Origin: the human T2T-CHM13v2.0 reference genome, Homo sapiens | NCBI RefSeq assembly: GCF_009914755.1 | Contig: NC_060947.1 | DNA length: 64,000 nucleotides | Reading direction: 5' to 3' (one strand) | Part shown: in pieces, positions 45,509 through 61,156 of the stretch | How positions within the stretch are numbered: position 1 is the stretch's first letter | How the letters are laid out: every line of letters begins with the position of its first letter | Made by a program: the position numbers and the translations under genes | Notes under the pieces: model-generated | What the model was told of the DNA's origin: nothing | The model's database searches: none | The model's input: only the letters and a program-made list of their open reading frames with translations

Positions 45509-48500
45509 AATTATCCCTCCTCTGGCTCAGAGCCCTCCAGTGGCTTTTCTTCCCACTTAGATTAAAAGCCCACAAGGGCCCACCAAAAGCCATATACCCT
45601 ACTTCCGTGCCTTCACCTTCCTCCCATCACCACCTCTGACTTCATCTCCTACTAGTCTCTCTTTGCTCACTCTGCTCCAACACACTGCTCTCCTTGCTAT
45701 TCCTGAAATATGCCAGGCATTCTTCTACCTCAGGGCCTTTGTACTTGTCATTTCTTCTGCTGGGCACACTCTCCCCCCAGATAGCTGTTCTGCTCCATTC
45801 CCTTATCTCCTTCACACCTTTTCTCAAAAGTTGCCATCTCAACGAGACCTTCTATGACTTCCATATTTAAAACTGCAAGCACTCCTCCGCCATCTTGGCA
45901 CTCTCTATTCTCTTACACTTTTATTTTTCTCAATCATATTTATCCCATCTGACATGTTTTGCACACTTGTTTATCATATTATGCAGGGTATTGCCAAATG
46001 ACTATTAAAAACCCTGGAATACTGTGGCTTGAAGAAATTACACGCGAACAGTCTAGGCGAGTGGGGTGTCTCTGCTCCAGTCATTCAGAGATCTTGGGTT
46101 TTTCCCATGATGTTCCTCTGCCACATCCTAGGACATTGTTCCCATCTGCACAGTTGAAGTTGGGGTACCACCAGCTCCAGATTCCTGCTGGCAGAAAAGG
46201 GGATATGAATATGGAAGAAGCACAACCAGCGTCTGAAAGCCCAATCTAGGAAGTAGTGCAGGTCACTTCTTGCATTTCAGTAACAAGAGCTTAATCACAT
46301 GATCACACCTAACTAAGGGTGGTGAGAAATATAGTTTAGCCAAACATCTACTTTCTAAGGAAAAGATGGAAAATGGATTTGTAGTGGACATCTATCAACA
46401 TTTATTATCTGTATCCCTTCTCCCCATTAGAATAGGTGCTCCACAAAGGCAGGGATTTTTGTCAGTCGTACTCATTTCTGTATTTTGAGCACCCAGGATA
46501 GTACCTGGCACGTTAAAAGAGCTCAATACATATTTGTTGACTAAAGGAAGGAACTGAGGCTGTGAAGTTAACCCCTCAGGGGGTTGACATTAGCAGACAT
46601 ATCTCTCCCAGGATACCCTGGCATTGATTTTTTGACCAGATTACCTGAGAGCTCATTAGAATCCTTCATCTGGGGAAATGCAGACTGAGTCTTCTCTTTT
46701 ACTGCATCTCAGTAATGAAACAGTTGCAAATTCTGTCTCTGCTAATGTAATGCAAAAACAGCCTCACCAAGCGTCCCCTATATACAGAAAGATCACCTTG
46801 GCCACGGGAAGAAGAACATTCTCCCAGCAAGTGGGGAGTACCTTGGTTCAGTAGGGGTCCTAGAACTATGTCCTACAGGGAATCGGGATGGCAGGAATCA
46901 GAAGTAGTTTATTTAATCAATAAAGCACTGTTGGTTGCAATCCTTATCTGTTTCATGTTCCCTAATAAGTTTTTGTTAGGACTTCAGCTCCCTGCCTCCG
47001 GTCATTTGCTCTGCTAATTAGCCAAAATTAAAAGCATCCAAAGAGCCTGGACAGTGGCCTGAGAAAGCCTTGAATGGTCCATGAACTTGAGTTGCTGTCT
47101 CTTTCCCTCCCTTCCCCTGGCAGACAGAACCCTTCACTCTCTTCCCAGATAGAATATACTCACACCACGATTTTCTCCAAATGTTCAAAATATAGCTTTT
47201 TAGAACTTACTGAGTGACCCAAAACTCCCTGTAACAAGCTTATAGGGCCAGTCATATTTTACCAAAAGTTTCCTAGTGCAAACAGGCGCCTCTGATGTAA
47301 GGGTTGGCTCTGCTGGGCTCCAACAGTGGAAGAAAGGAAATCACCATGAAGCCCAGGAACAGAAAAAAAAAAAAAAAAAAAAAGTTTCCTTCCTTCGGGA
47401 GAAAAAAAAATATCCCAACACCATTTTCAACTTAAACTAAGCAATGGAACACAATGTTCCATTTTGTGTGAATTTTGTGTCTTAACAACAGTCTTTAAAT
47501 CTAAAGTTCATATTAACATTCTCAATGGGTGATGGTTTCATGATTAATTCAAAACCCAAAGAATTAAGCTCCAAAGCTGGCTAAGGTCACTTGAAACAAA
47601 TAATAGTGAGGTGTTTGGGGTTTTTATTTTTGTTTGGCTCTTCACACCTCGAAGTGAAAAGATTGAAACTCTAAACCCTCCAAGTGAGTTTTATAAATAT
47701 AGCCACGATGGAGGTATTGTCCCATTTCCTTTTCAGAGAATATGTTGCTAAGTCACAATATGTTCATGAGGCTTTGGTGCAGAATCCATTTTAGTAAGAA
47801 GACCAATTGCGGCAAAGCCACATTTGTTTTTGGAAATTAGAAATTATGCTGAGATACTTACCCTATGCTTCTGAACCTTTTTTTTTTTTCTTTTAGGTCT
47901 TTTGGAAAATGGTAAATGCCTCAAAACCTTAAAAGACTTTGACATTTTAATTTGTATGCTTTCCTTGTTGGATATTCTGGGGGTATTGAACAAAAATATT
48001 AGGAAAGCAGCAAGGGATAAATGGAAAGAGAGTCAAGACGGGGTTTTTAAAAGAGAAGGGAAATTACGCACATCCTCCACAGCACACCCATTACCTGTGA
48101 GTAATGTTAGGTTCTATCCACTTCCAAAGGATTATCTTTTGGCCTGTTTTTTACGTTCAACTTGGTTATCTAATACCATTTTTAATCCATTTCTTAGATT
48201 TTGAGAAGACATTCGTGAATGAAAGAATTGTTTCATTAGCCTTCTTATATTCGAATTTCCTGAAAGCTCCTGGGTAACACTCCCCAAATTGGAAGAGCTG
48301 AAGGCAGAGCCTGCTAATGTAGACCCAGATCTATGTAAAAGCACTTTACATTGGTTCCTTGTTTAATAAATAGGTTTAATAAGTTAATAAGTTTAAGATT
48401 ATTCTAAAGAAAAAAATTTAGCCAATTCTATTGAATTTCTGTTATATTTCTCTTCCTTGCTCCAAAACACAATTACCATTTCTGAGTTTCTTTTCACACT

Positions 48501-48614
48501 GCAGTTTAAATTTTGGGTGGTAAAGGCTGAAGTTAGCCATGAATGGAAAGTTTTAGTCCCGGATTTCCAAAGAGCACCTGAAAGTTGAATCATGGAGGGA
48601 AAAATCACCAATCA

Positions 48615-49165
48615 TGAGATGTCTAGAATGGGCAAATCTATAGAAATAAAAGTAGATTCGTGGTTGCCTAGAGCTGGGGGAGAAGGGTGGGGAGTGACTG
48701 CCAAAGGGTATGGGGTTTCTTTTGGAGGGATGAAAATGTTATTAAATTGTAGTGATGGTTGCACAACTCTGTGACTATCCTAAAAAATATTAAATTGTGG
48801 CTGGGGACAATGGCTCATGGCTGTAATCACAGCACTATGGGAGGCCGAGGCAGGGTGGTCGCTTGAGCCTAGGAGTTTGAGACCAGCCTGGGCAACAACG
48901 TGAGACCCTGTCTCTACAACAAATACAAAAATTAGCCAGATGCGGTGGCATGTACCTGTAGTCCCAGACACTCAGGAGGCTGAGATGGCAGGATCAATTG
49001 AACCCAGGAGTTTGAGGCTACAATGAGCTATGATTGTGCCACTGCACTCCAGCCTAGGCAACAGAGTGAGACCCTGTCTCAAAACAAACAAAAACACCAT
49101 TGAATTGTATGTACTTTAAACGGGTGAATTTTAAGTGAATTGTATGTCAAAGCTGTTTTTTAAAA
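48615..49165 (+). mobile_element. L1MB 3' end split by AluJ
   Basis: ggcaaatctatagaaataaaagtagattcgtggttgcc..gtactttaaacgggtgaattt. Confidence 0.78.
48799..49095 (+). mobile_element. AluJ
   Basis: J-type cgcttgagcctaggagtttg, gagctatgattgtgcc. Confidence 0.92.
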
Positions 49166-49236
49166 AAAGGATGAATGTGACTAGCTTAAAGCAAAGCTTC
49201 AAACAAGTGTCAGAAACACTCCCCTGTGCTAGCTAA

Positions 49237-49315
<79 letters not shown>

Positions 49316-49317
49316 GC
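49237..49317. repeat. compound (CT)n(CA)n microsatellite
   Basis: ctctct..cacaca..cacgcg. Confidence 0.96.
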
Positions 49318-50042
49318 CTTTCCTGCCCCCCACTCCCCACTATATCAACTCCATCCCCAGCCCTGTAAAAGCAGGACAGACCTAGGCTGGCCTGAATGGA
49401 AAGAACAGGCTCTCTTCAGCAAGGGAGACTGAACACACCAGAAAAGGAAAATTGAGTCATTATTGCTTCCATTTGTGAGAAAATCATTGTTTTCCAGATT
49501 CACCACGCACATTTTTCAAACGTTGAAAGCAAGTCTGTTTCTCCCCTCAGAAACCTGAGCGATAGACCAAGTCTCACCTCATACACCCTTGTTCACACCT
49601 TTGCTTGAGCAAGTGACAGTGTGTCATTGATCTTTAGGAAGGAACTATCCAAAATGTTGGAAATATGTTTTTAAGTTTTATGAGAAGCGAATGTGTGAGT
49701 GGGAGCAATTCTACCAAGATGCCATAAAACCCAGGAGGGTATGAGATGAGGAAAGTCAAGAAGGAAGTGAAAGGGATCCTCAATATTTGACCTGCATACA
49801 AGAAGGTACAATTGCCACATCCCCCCACTCCCACCTTCTTTACCCCCATGGGGCTCCTAATTCCGATGGGTAGTGAGGAAGGTGAGATGGGTGTTTGGGA
49901 TACAGGAGGATTTGCAAGAAGCAAAGGAAGGTGTGTGAAGGGGAGACTGGCGTGGAGGATGGTGGGAATGTGTGTGACTTTGATATTTACCACTTTCCTT
50001 GTGGGACGCCTTGGGGAGAGAATGAACATCATAAACCACTCA

Positions 50043-50730
<688 letters not shown>

Positions 50731-51479
50731 AGAAAACAGTTTTAAAAGCATTTACAACAAAAGTTGGAGCCCATGGTCAAAGATGCTAAAAAGGGGCTTA
50801 GTAGAAATGAAACACTCTGAAATAATATTCTACAATATTAGTAAGGAGTAGAGAACTGACAAGTGTGGATGGAAATGCCACTCTATAATCAAGTTGAAGT
50901 GGACGACACTATTCCAGCAATGTCTACTCCTGTCGCCCATTTCAGAAGGGAGTTGACCCAAATAGGAAGTGGCCCGGCTGAGCCTAATTGGGAGTAGCTG
51001 GCTGACGCAGGGCCTCTTGGTCTGCACACGCTGCCAATCTGAGGAGTTCCCCAGCTGAGAGCAGGAATGAGGGACTTGGGAGAAGAATGTAAAAACAACC
51101 TTTTTTTTTTTTTTTTTTTTTTTAAGCTGGAAATTACTCTGTCATTAGTTATTTTTTTTTTTTTGAGGGGAGGGATAAGAATTATAACTAACTTGTTACC
51201 TGCCCCAACAGCATAAATATCCTCTATCGCACAATTTCTTATTCCTTCACACTCATGCAATTTGGCCTATCTATGGTATGATACACACTGGAATTTCAAC
51301 TAACTGTCATGAAACTGATCAGAACCTTCTATTAACCAGGATTTTGCTACACTCTCTGTTCAAGAGAAAACTTAGGCTAACAACAAAAAAAAATCAGGAG
51401 GATTTGTTTTTTTCAAATTCTATACATTTTTACATTGAATCTGCATCTGTAGAACTGTATTTGTAGCTGAACTCTAGAT

Positions 51480-51689
51480 CAGGGTCAGCAAACTGTTTCT
51501 GTAAAAACTAGACCAGAATATTTCAGGCTTTGCAGACCCAATGGTCTCAGCCATTGCTATTCAACTCTGCCATTGTAGCAGCCATGCATAATATATATGA
51601 ACAAATGGGCACGACTGTGTTCCAATAAAACTTTATTTATGAAAACAGGTGGCAGGCCAGATTTGCAGACCATTGTTTGCTGACCCCTG
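51480..51689. mobile_element. MER58A hAT MITE
   Basis: TIRs cagggtcagcaaac / gtttgctgacccctg; gtgttccaataaaactttattta. Confidence 0.85.
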
Positions 51690-51715
51690 ATAGTAAACTA
51701 TCAATTAAATGCATT

Positions 51716-52205
51716 GTATTAGTTTCCTATCACTTTTGTTAACAGATTATGACAAATTACCATTTTAGTGGCTTAAACAAATTTAATTATCTTACAGTTC
51801 TGAAGGTCAGAGATTTGAAATGGGTCTCTCTCGGTTAAAATCAAGGTGTTGGGAAGGCTGTGTTTCTTCTGGAGGATCCAGGGAAGAATCCCTTTCCTTG
51901 ATTTTCCAACTGGTATGGGCTGCCAGCATTCCTTGGCTCATGGCTCCTCCCTCCATCCTCAAAGCTGGCTACAGCCATCTGCATCCTTCTCACATTGCAT
52001 CATTCTGACCTCTACTGACTCTCTCCATATTTTAGGACCCTTGTGATACCATTGGACCCACCTGGACAATCCAGAATAATCTTCCCATTTTAAAGTCAGC
52101 CAATTAGCAACCTTAATTCCCCTTGGCTGTGTAACATAACATATTCACAGATTCCTGAGATGGGAACATGGGCATCTTTGGAGGGACATTATTCTGTCGA
52201 TCACA
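51716..52205 (-). mobile_element. MLT1D-like LTR
   Basis: tgtattagtttcctat..atcttacagttctg..gtaacataacatattcacagattcc..tcaca. Confidence 0.85.
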
Positions 52206-52399
52206 GGGCCTACTAGGAAATAACCCACTCAATAATCACACTGGTAGGTTTTGCTCACTTTCAGGAGTTGGCTCATGTCATTGGCAACGATGAGTGTACA
52301 TCGACAGCGGAAGAATAACACTTCCAGCTTTAAAAGGAGAACAGTTAGTTCATTGTGATACAGAGGACTGTGTATGCATCAGCATATATCACAGCACAC

Positions 52400-52585
52400 T
52401 GGGGAGGCGGCATGGGACACAAGAGCATGTACTTAGGGGACTTTGAATCAATTACTTTCTTTGTGGCATCAGTTTCTTGATGTATCAAATGGGAATAACA
52501 GCACCTACCTTGCAGGGTATTGCACATATTACATGAGATAATGGGAAGCAACTAACCCAATGCCTAGCCTATCATTAATGCTGTT
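52400..52585 (+). mobile_element. MIR
   Basis: tcagtttcttgatgtatcaaatgggaataacagcacctaccttgcagggt. Confidence 0.7.
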
Positions 52586-53055
52586 TCTGCAGAACTGTTA
52601 GATTCTACTTAGAGTCAAATCATGTCCCTTTTTACACAATAACCACATGGAGAAAACATGCTATGGCCTCATTTCCCTGTGAGGCAAATTTTGGTTCTAC
52701 CCCTACTGCAGCATTATAATTGGGTCCTAATTATCAAGTCTAAAGCAACATTTAGATGGCCTTAAAATAGCACTGTATATGAACACCTAGTTAATAAAAA
52801 CCTTCTGGGGATGATAATACCACAAAATATTTACTCTCAAATTACTCTGGCAGACCATTTTCCGGGGACACTGCTGAGGGCTTGCCAAGAACAGTACTTG
52901 TCATATTTTAAAAATAGATGTCAGAAAACCATTCAATAAATGCAGTAGCTTTTATAGTCTTAAGAAATGGTGTTAGACTGCTTTATCCAGTTCAAATATA
53001 AAAGCAGAATTATTTTTTCTCATTTTGAGAGTCAATCATCAGATGTTTTCAGTAA

Positions 53056-53396
<341 letters not shown>

Positions 53397-54529
53397 AAAG
53401 TATTCTTAAATATCTTCTTGGCATTCTTAATTATTTTTGTTTTAGCATTTTACAGAAGTTGGGGAAAAGCAAAAATTAGCTGCCCAAGGCCACCAAGGAA
53501 GCTAATGACAAACTAGAAAAAGAAATCCTAATTCCCATCTTAATGCCCCAACCACTAACATACTCATATGCAGTATTAAATGAAAACAAAGCATTCCCTC
53601 CTAGAGAACTTCCATAATCTCAGGAGAAATATTGACATATTGCATCTGAGTCATTTTTCTGTGGTCTGTCTGAGTATCAAATTCTGAAGCTCTCCAAGCT
53701 GTTCCAAATGCACACCTATTTTGTATCTATCTAGCCAGAGCATCTGGGGTGAAAAGAGCATTCTCAAATGCACGCTGATTTCAACATTCAGATGGTTTTT
53801 AGGGCAGTTCACGTAGAAAGGAATTATTTTCTTTGAAGAAAATTATTCCGACGACTAATAGCTTTCTCCTTCCTCATCCCTAGGGCTTCCCATGTTTTTT
53901 GAATTCTCCACTTCAGAGTAAATCCTTAAAGTGAAGCTGACTCATGTGCCCCATGATTAACCATAACTTCTTTTCCTTTCCTCTTCCAGATCCTTTCCAC
54001 AATGTGAATATTTCCTGCGGTGGCTAGCCAAGAGTCTTCCGCCAGTCAAAATGAAGCGCAAGATGACCACGTTTTTTAGTAAGTGAAAGGTCTTTGAAAG
54101 TGGATTCCAGGTCTCCAGTGAACTTGGAGACAGGCTGCCATCTAATTGTATTTTTAAAAATCAAATTCTGAGAGCAATAAGATCAGGAAAAGGCACAAAA
54201 ATGGGTGCAGTCATTGTCAACTTCACCAACCGATTTAGATCTGTATTGATGGAATTTGATGATTCTTATCAAAATAGACCTATAAATATAATCAGAAGTT
54301 ATTTTGCATCCAAGAAACTTATCTAATTTAACCAGATTCCCAATTTAAGTCCTTGGAAGAACTGGCCACAGGCATAAAAGAATGCAATTGAAATGCCATG
54401 AATACTCAAGAATTTGTTTTTTTTTTTTCATATTTATCACTGTTGTTTCATAACAATATATTTCTTTTAGCTGACACATGTGTTTAGAAGTATGCATCTC
54501 AGAAAAGAACTCATATTTTTAAAATAATA

Positions 54530-55100
54530 ATATCCGGTGGTAGTAAGAACACAAAATGAGCCCCAGATACTTCTGGTGAGAACTGGAATGGCCTTTCTGC
54601 TACTTGGCAATAATGTATCAAAAGCCTTAAAAATATGCATCACCTTTAACCCAGAAATCCCACTTCTTGAAATGTATTCTGATAAAATCATCAGCAAGGC
54701 ACAGGAAGATATACACTTTCGTGCATCATTCTGTATGATATCATCATAGCATCCTCTATATCAAAAACTAAAAACCCATCTAAAAATAGAGAATCAATTA
54801 AACAAATTGTAACATATGTCCATAATATGGGATATATCCAGCTGTTAAAATTATGTTTTAAAAGAATTTGATGAAAAGATTTAAGATATAGTATTGAGTT
54901 AAAAATAAATTATATGCATTATGTACAGTGTGATTCCAATATATATGTAACTTTATGTGTAATGTGTAGGTGTATAAAAGAGAAAAAAGAATTCAAGGGT
55001 ATGTCCCTAATATACCAAATACAGTGATAGTGATCATCTCTGGTGTTTCTGTACTTTCTGTCCTCTCTACAATGAAGATGTTTTACTTCTTAAGATCATA
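54530..55100 (+). mobile_element. L1ME 3' fragment
   Basis: cctttaacccagaaatcccacttcttgaaatgtattc. Confidence 0.65.
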
Positions 55101-55905
55101 ATACATGTTGGTGTTTTTTATTTCAGAAATGGGCTTTTGCAAGAAACAATCTTTGTTTCCAGTCTTGTTTCTTTTGTTAGCCATTTATCACCTTAAGTAT
55201 TTACAGTGTTTGGTCCTAAGTAGTTGGACTGGCCAGATGCCAGGTCCCTAATGGTGTTTGAGTATGCTGGTGTATCAGGAGACAGGCGCAGCAGCAGCCA
55301 AGGGAGGGAATAAAGGGGCAGGGGAGACAGGGGTGAGGAGTAAAAGAGAAGCAACAGTTTTGATGCAAAGATGGATGGTGTCTTTTCTCTGGACACAGTC
55401 ACGCATGGCTCAGGGGATGCCTGAAGGCAGGACACGGGAGCTGGTCCAGGGTATCAGGCCAAGCCTGGCTACTGTGTTGTGTCGGGCATTGCCAGGTCAG
55501 CCCCAGCTTCAGGGATGGCCTTCTGGTAATGTGGTCAGGAGGCTTAGCCTAGAGTGACAGAGGAATCTAAGTGGCAGGCATCTGGCTGGGAGGGGACCCA
55601 CTCACTGGGCTGGAGTCAGTCACAGGCCTGGAGGTAGGCTCGTATCTTAGAATGACTGAGATATTATACAAGATGAGCATGTGGAGGCTGAGGATCCAGC
55701 CTCCACAACTACCGGGAATGCGCAGGGCTGGAGCACGTTTGGATGCAGGCAAAAGCCCAATTACCAGGACACAAAGTTGAGGCTAAACTTGCAGCAATGG
55801 TTACTTGATGTTAAGTCTCAGAGAGCTAGGCTACACTTGCTAGAATCTCTCCTGCCAATATGAGAATTGACAGGGACAACAAGCTGGTCTATTAAAGAAG
55901 GGTCT

Positions 55906-56569
<664 letters not shown>

Positions 56570-57167
56570 TCAGAGAATTCTGTCAGAATCTCCCTGATGC
56601 AGTTTAGTTTACAATCAACAAGACAAGTGAATAGACATCCTCTATGTAGCAAAAACAGGAGGCCCTTAACAATGTGAACCTTAGCCATTCCTGCTCAAAT
56701 CCCTTTATGATGTCCCTAATAAAGATACGGGCACACATCAGTTCAGATTGGTAATGTCAAGAATGTGTCAAAAATAAAAGGTTGGTCTACATGCATTGTA
56801 GCTTTGTTTTGCCAGATAAAGGAGAAATTTGTATAGGAGGGACATTTTAGTATCGCTACACCAATGCCTCTACTAAAAACTCATAAGCAGAATTTCTAAC
56901 TCCATAGTTTCAATGAAAATGCCACACTATACAAAATATTCTAGCTCATCTGTTGTTTTTATAAAGAGTATTTGGTATTTAAATATTTGGCTGGAATACA
57001 AGGTTGAATTTTGCAGTATTTCTTTCCTTCAGATCCAAAAGTTGAAGATATTACTATAACCTTTACTGGAAACAAATGTCTCTTGATGATAGCCCACATT
57101 TGATTGGCTTTCCCAAAAGTACAGTTTCTACTCTATAGACCCTTATTTCGGTGGCTTATAGCTAAAG

Positions 57168-57338
57168 CAGCGATTCTCAATCTTGGTGTCTTATTAGAGT
57201 TGCTTGGGAGCTTTTATGATTCCCAGAGCCAATGCAGCAGACAAATGAATCAGAATCTCTGGAGGTAAAACCCAGGCATCAGGATTTTGTAAAGGTCCCC
57301 AGATAATTTAAATATGTGGTCAAAGTGGAGATCACTGG
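57168..57338. mobile_element. MER5B-like
   Basis: cagcgattctcaatcttgg..aatcagaatctctgg..gagatcactg. Confidence 0.7.
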
Positions 57339-57340
57339 AT

Positions 57341-57461
57341 GAGAGTGATCATATTAATTTATTATCCAAACTAGGACACCTTTAAGAGTGAAAGGTGACA
57401 CTATTACTGATCACTTTGGGCCAGTTAAGTCCTAGCTATGCCAGGGTATATGGTCACTCTA
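57341..57461. mobile_element. MER94-like hAT MITE
   Basis: TIRs agagtgatcata / tatggtcactct; ccaaactaggacacctttaagagtgaaagg. Confidence 0.6.
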
Positions 57462-57876
57462 GTTTTGGCCATCAGCTAATGTCACTCTTGTCCCTTAAAA
57501 TTTACAAAAGCTCACATGAAAGCTCTACACCCCTTGGGAAATCCCAGTGTTTCTGGAATCTCTTGAAAATCCTTTTAATTTCCTTTAATTCTGATTTCCA
57601 CCTTTGGTTGAATTCTCTGCTTAGTCTCTTAGAGCTTTTTTTTCCTCATCTTTACTTTGAGAATGGCCTAAACAGGGGACCCAGGCCCTTCTCCTGGTTC
57701 TCCATCCCACGCCCCAGAACAAATATCCTGAGGCACCTGGCTAGATCTAGCTAAAGGCAATCATATTGAATCACCATATAGGAGATCATTTTAAATGTAA
57801 TAAATTTCCTGGTGCCTAAAAAGTTCCCTCGGCCATTTCTACTGCCCAGGACTCCAGTCTCTATCATATTTCCTGA

Positions 57877-58254
<378 letters not shown>

Positions 58255-58569
58255 TGATTTACCATCTCTTTAGTGCTTCGTTCCAACCTATGGTATAAGG
58301 GCTTCCCTGTCTATTCAGGGAGTATAGACAGGCTTCCAGGCTTCCCTGTCTATATTTATATATTATTTGAAGGGTTTAAATTGGGATTGAAATTCTAAAT
58401 TTACTTGTGACAATAGGTGTTCCACCAAACAAAGCAGCATAAAGCAGCTTATCAAAGGCCTTTCTCAAAAACAGTTCCCTCTTTTAGAGAAACTCAAATG
58501 CCAGCTGGAAAACATGTTTTTGCTTACTCTACTGCACATTGACTTAGATATCCTTGGTGTCAAAACTTG

Positions 58570-59510
58570 CTAGGAACCCACTAGAATGGCTAAAATCAAA
58601 ACAAGTGACAATGCTGAGTGTTGGCAAGCCCATATAGAAAGTGGAATTCTCATAGCTGCTAGTGGGGGTGTAGAAAGATACGACCACTTTGGAAAACTGT
58701 TTTGCACTTTCAATAAAGTTTAACACATATCTATCTTCTGACCCATCAATTCCACTACAAGGTGTTTACTCAAGAGAAACAAAAATATGTCCCCAGAAAG
58801 ATTTGTGCAAGAGTGATCATAGCAGCTTTATTCATACTAGCCCAAAGCCGGAAACATCAACTGTCAACAGGAGAATGGATAAACAAATTGACACATCCAT
58901 ACAATTAAATACTACTCTCATCCATAGCATGGATGAATCTTACATTATGCTGAGTAAAAACCAAAAACAAAAAACCTGGACACAAGAATACATATTGTAC
59001 AATAATATTTATATGAAATCCTAGAACAGACAAAACCATGCTATGCTGATAGAAGTAAGAAAGATGAGAGAAATTTCCTATATCTTTTTTTTTTTTTTCT
59101 TTTTTGAGATGGAATTTCACTCTTGTTGCCCAGACTGGAGTGCAGTGGTGCAATCTTGGCTCACTGCAACCTCCGCCTCCTGGGTTGAAGTGATTCTCCT
59201 GCCTCAGCCTCCTGAGTAGCTGGGATTACAGGTGCCTGCCACCATGCCCAGCTAATTTTTGTATTTTTTAGTAGAGATGGGGTTTCGCCATGTTGGCCAG
59301 GCTGGTCTCGAACTCCTGACCTCAGGTGATTCACTCACCTCGGCCTCCCAAAGTGCCGGGATTACAGGCGTGAGCCACCTTGCCTGGCCAAAATTTTCTA
59401 TATCTTGTGCTGAGTGGTGAATACAATTGTAAAAAAAAAAAAAAATCATGTAACTGCATAGCTACAAACTGTGCATTTTATTATATGTAAGTTATATCTC
59501 ATTTTTTTAA
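58570..59510 (+). mobile_element. L1M 3' end split by Alu
   Basis: ccactagaatggctaaaat..accactttggaaaactg..tgtgcattttattatatgtaagttatatctca. Confidence 0.8.
59085..59389 (-). mobile_element. AluSq-like
   Basis: full dimer; TSD aaatttYctatatctt. Confidence 0.94.
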
Positions 59511-60261
59511 TCAGAAAACAATTACCCCAAATATGACCTGCTGTGACACATTTGGACCTTAAAATGGGTATTTTACACCCGCAGGGGAAAAGGTGGGAAT
59601 TAATATTTGGGTCCTGCTGTATAACAGGCTCTGTGTGAGACTTAACATAGAAGAATTAGACTTTTCCATAATACTAGGAAAATATTAGGAAAAAATTACT
59701 AGGAAAAAAATACTAGGTAATCCTAGGAACCAAATGTAATTCTGTGACATTTCTTATCAGGCCCTTTCAAGAGCAACCATTTCAGGCATTTTAATGGCAG
59801 ATGGAACTTTTAAGGAATTTTCATTTCTAGGTGGACTAATAGTTCACCTTGAAAATGACAGTAATGTGCATCCAGTTTAACATGATAAAGCATTTCTATA
59901 TAAATGTTTGATGAATTTCATGTCAACAAGATTATATTTGCCAGTAGAAGGGCTTAAATCAGGATTGAAATCCTAAATTTACATGTGACAATGATAAGTG
60001 TTCCATCAACTTGAAAGCACACCAAACAAAATAATAAATTATCCTTGGAGCCACAGTGAATCTTTTTAATACATTTTTATTTCAAGAATATAACAATCCA
60101 GGAAAATCCCAGATGTTCATTTTATAAAGCCAAAATGAAGAATAGAACAAGAATAATCTATAAAACAGAACTTGCTATTTGGGGGAGAAAAATGAAGTGT
60201 GCAGGAAAAGAAAAAAATGAATGTAGGTTTTCTATTATTCTTTTGTCCTCTACTTCTCCAG

Positions 60262-61156
60262 ATCTATTTGCTTTATATATTTAGGTGCTCTGATGTTCCA
60301 TGCATGTATATTTACAACTGCTATATCTTGTTGCTGAATTAACTCCTTCATCATTATATAATGACCTCCTTTGTCTCTTTTTAGTTTTTGACTTAAGATC
60401 TATTTTATCTAAGTATAGCTACTCCTGTTCTTTTTTGGTTTCCATTTGCATGAAGTATCTTTTTTTGTCTATGTGTATCCTTACAGGTGAAGTGAGTTTC
60501 TTTTAGACAGCATATAATTGGGCCTTTTTTGTTCTGTTTTAATCCATTCAGCTATTTAACCCATTTACATTCAAGGTTATTAGTGCTAGGTAAGGACTTA
60601 CTATTGCCATTTTGTTTATTTTTTTTTCTAGTTCTTTTGTGGATTCTTTGTTCCTTCCTTCCTTTCTTGCTGTCTTCCTTTGTGATTGTGATTTTTCTCT
60701 AGTGATATGTTTTGATTCCTTGCTTTCTGTTTTTCATGTATCTACTATAGGTTTTTGGTTTGTGGTTGTCGTAAGACTTATAAAAAATATAGTTATAACA
60801 GGTTATTTTAAGCCAATAACAACTTAGCTTTGATTGCAAAAAAAAAAAAACAACTTTATATTTTTACTCCACTCCCATTCCCCTCACCCACATTTTGAAT
60901 TTTTGATACCACTATTTACATCTTTCTATGTTGCGTATCACTTAACAAATGATTGTAGTTATCATTTTTAATAGTTTTCCACTTTAACACTCATACTAAA
61001 GCTGTAAGTAATTTATACACCACCATTACATTATTAGAATATTCTGAATTTGACTGTGTACTTACATTTACCAGTGAGTTTTATCTTTTTAAATGTTTTT
61101 ATGTTACTCACTAACATTCTTATCTTTCAGCTTAATGAACTCCATTTAGCATTTTT
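60262..61156 (-). mobile_element. L1M internal fragment
   Basis: ttgctttatatatttaggtgctctgatgtt..acaggtgaagtgagtttct..ctccatttagcattt. Confidence 0.75.

Noticed and set aside
47855-47920. Opposing splice-like signals around a poly-T tract
   Set aside because: Would give only a 15-nt plus-strand micro-exon with a weak donor; expected by chance near T runs.
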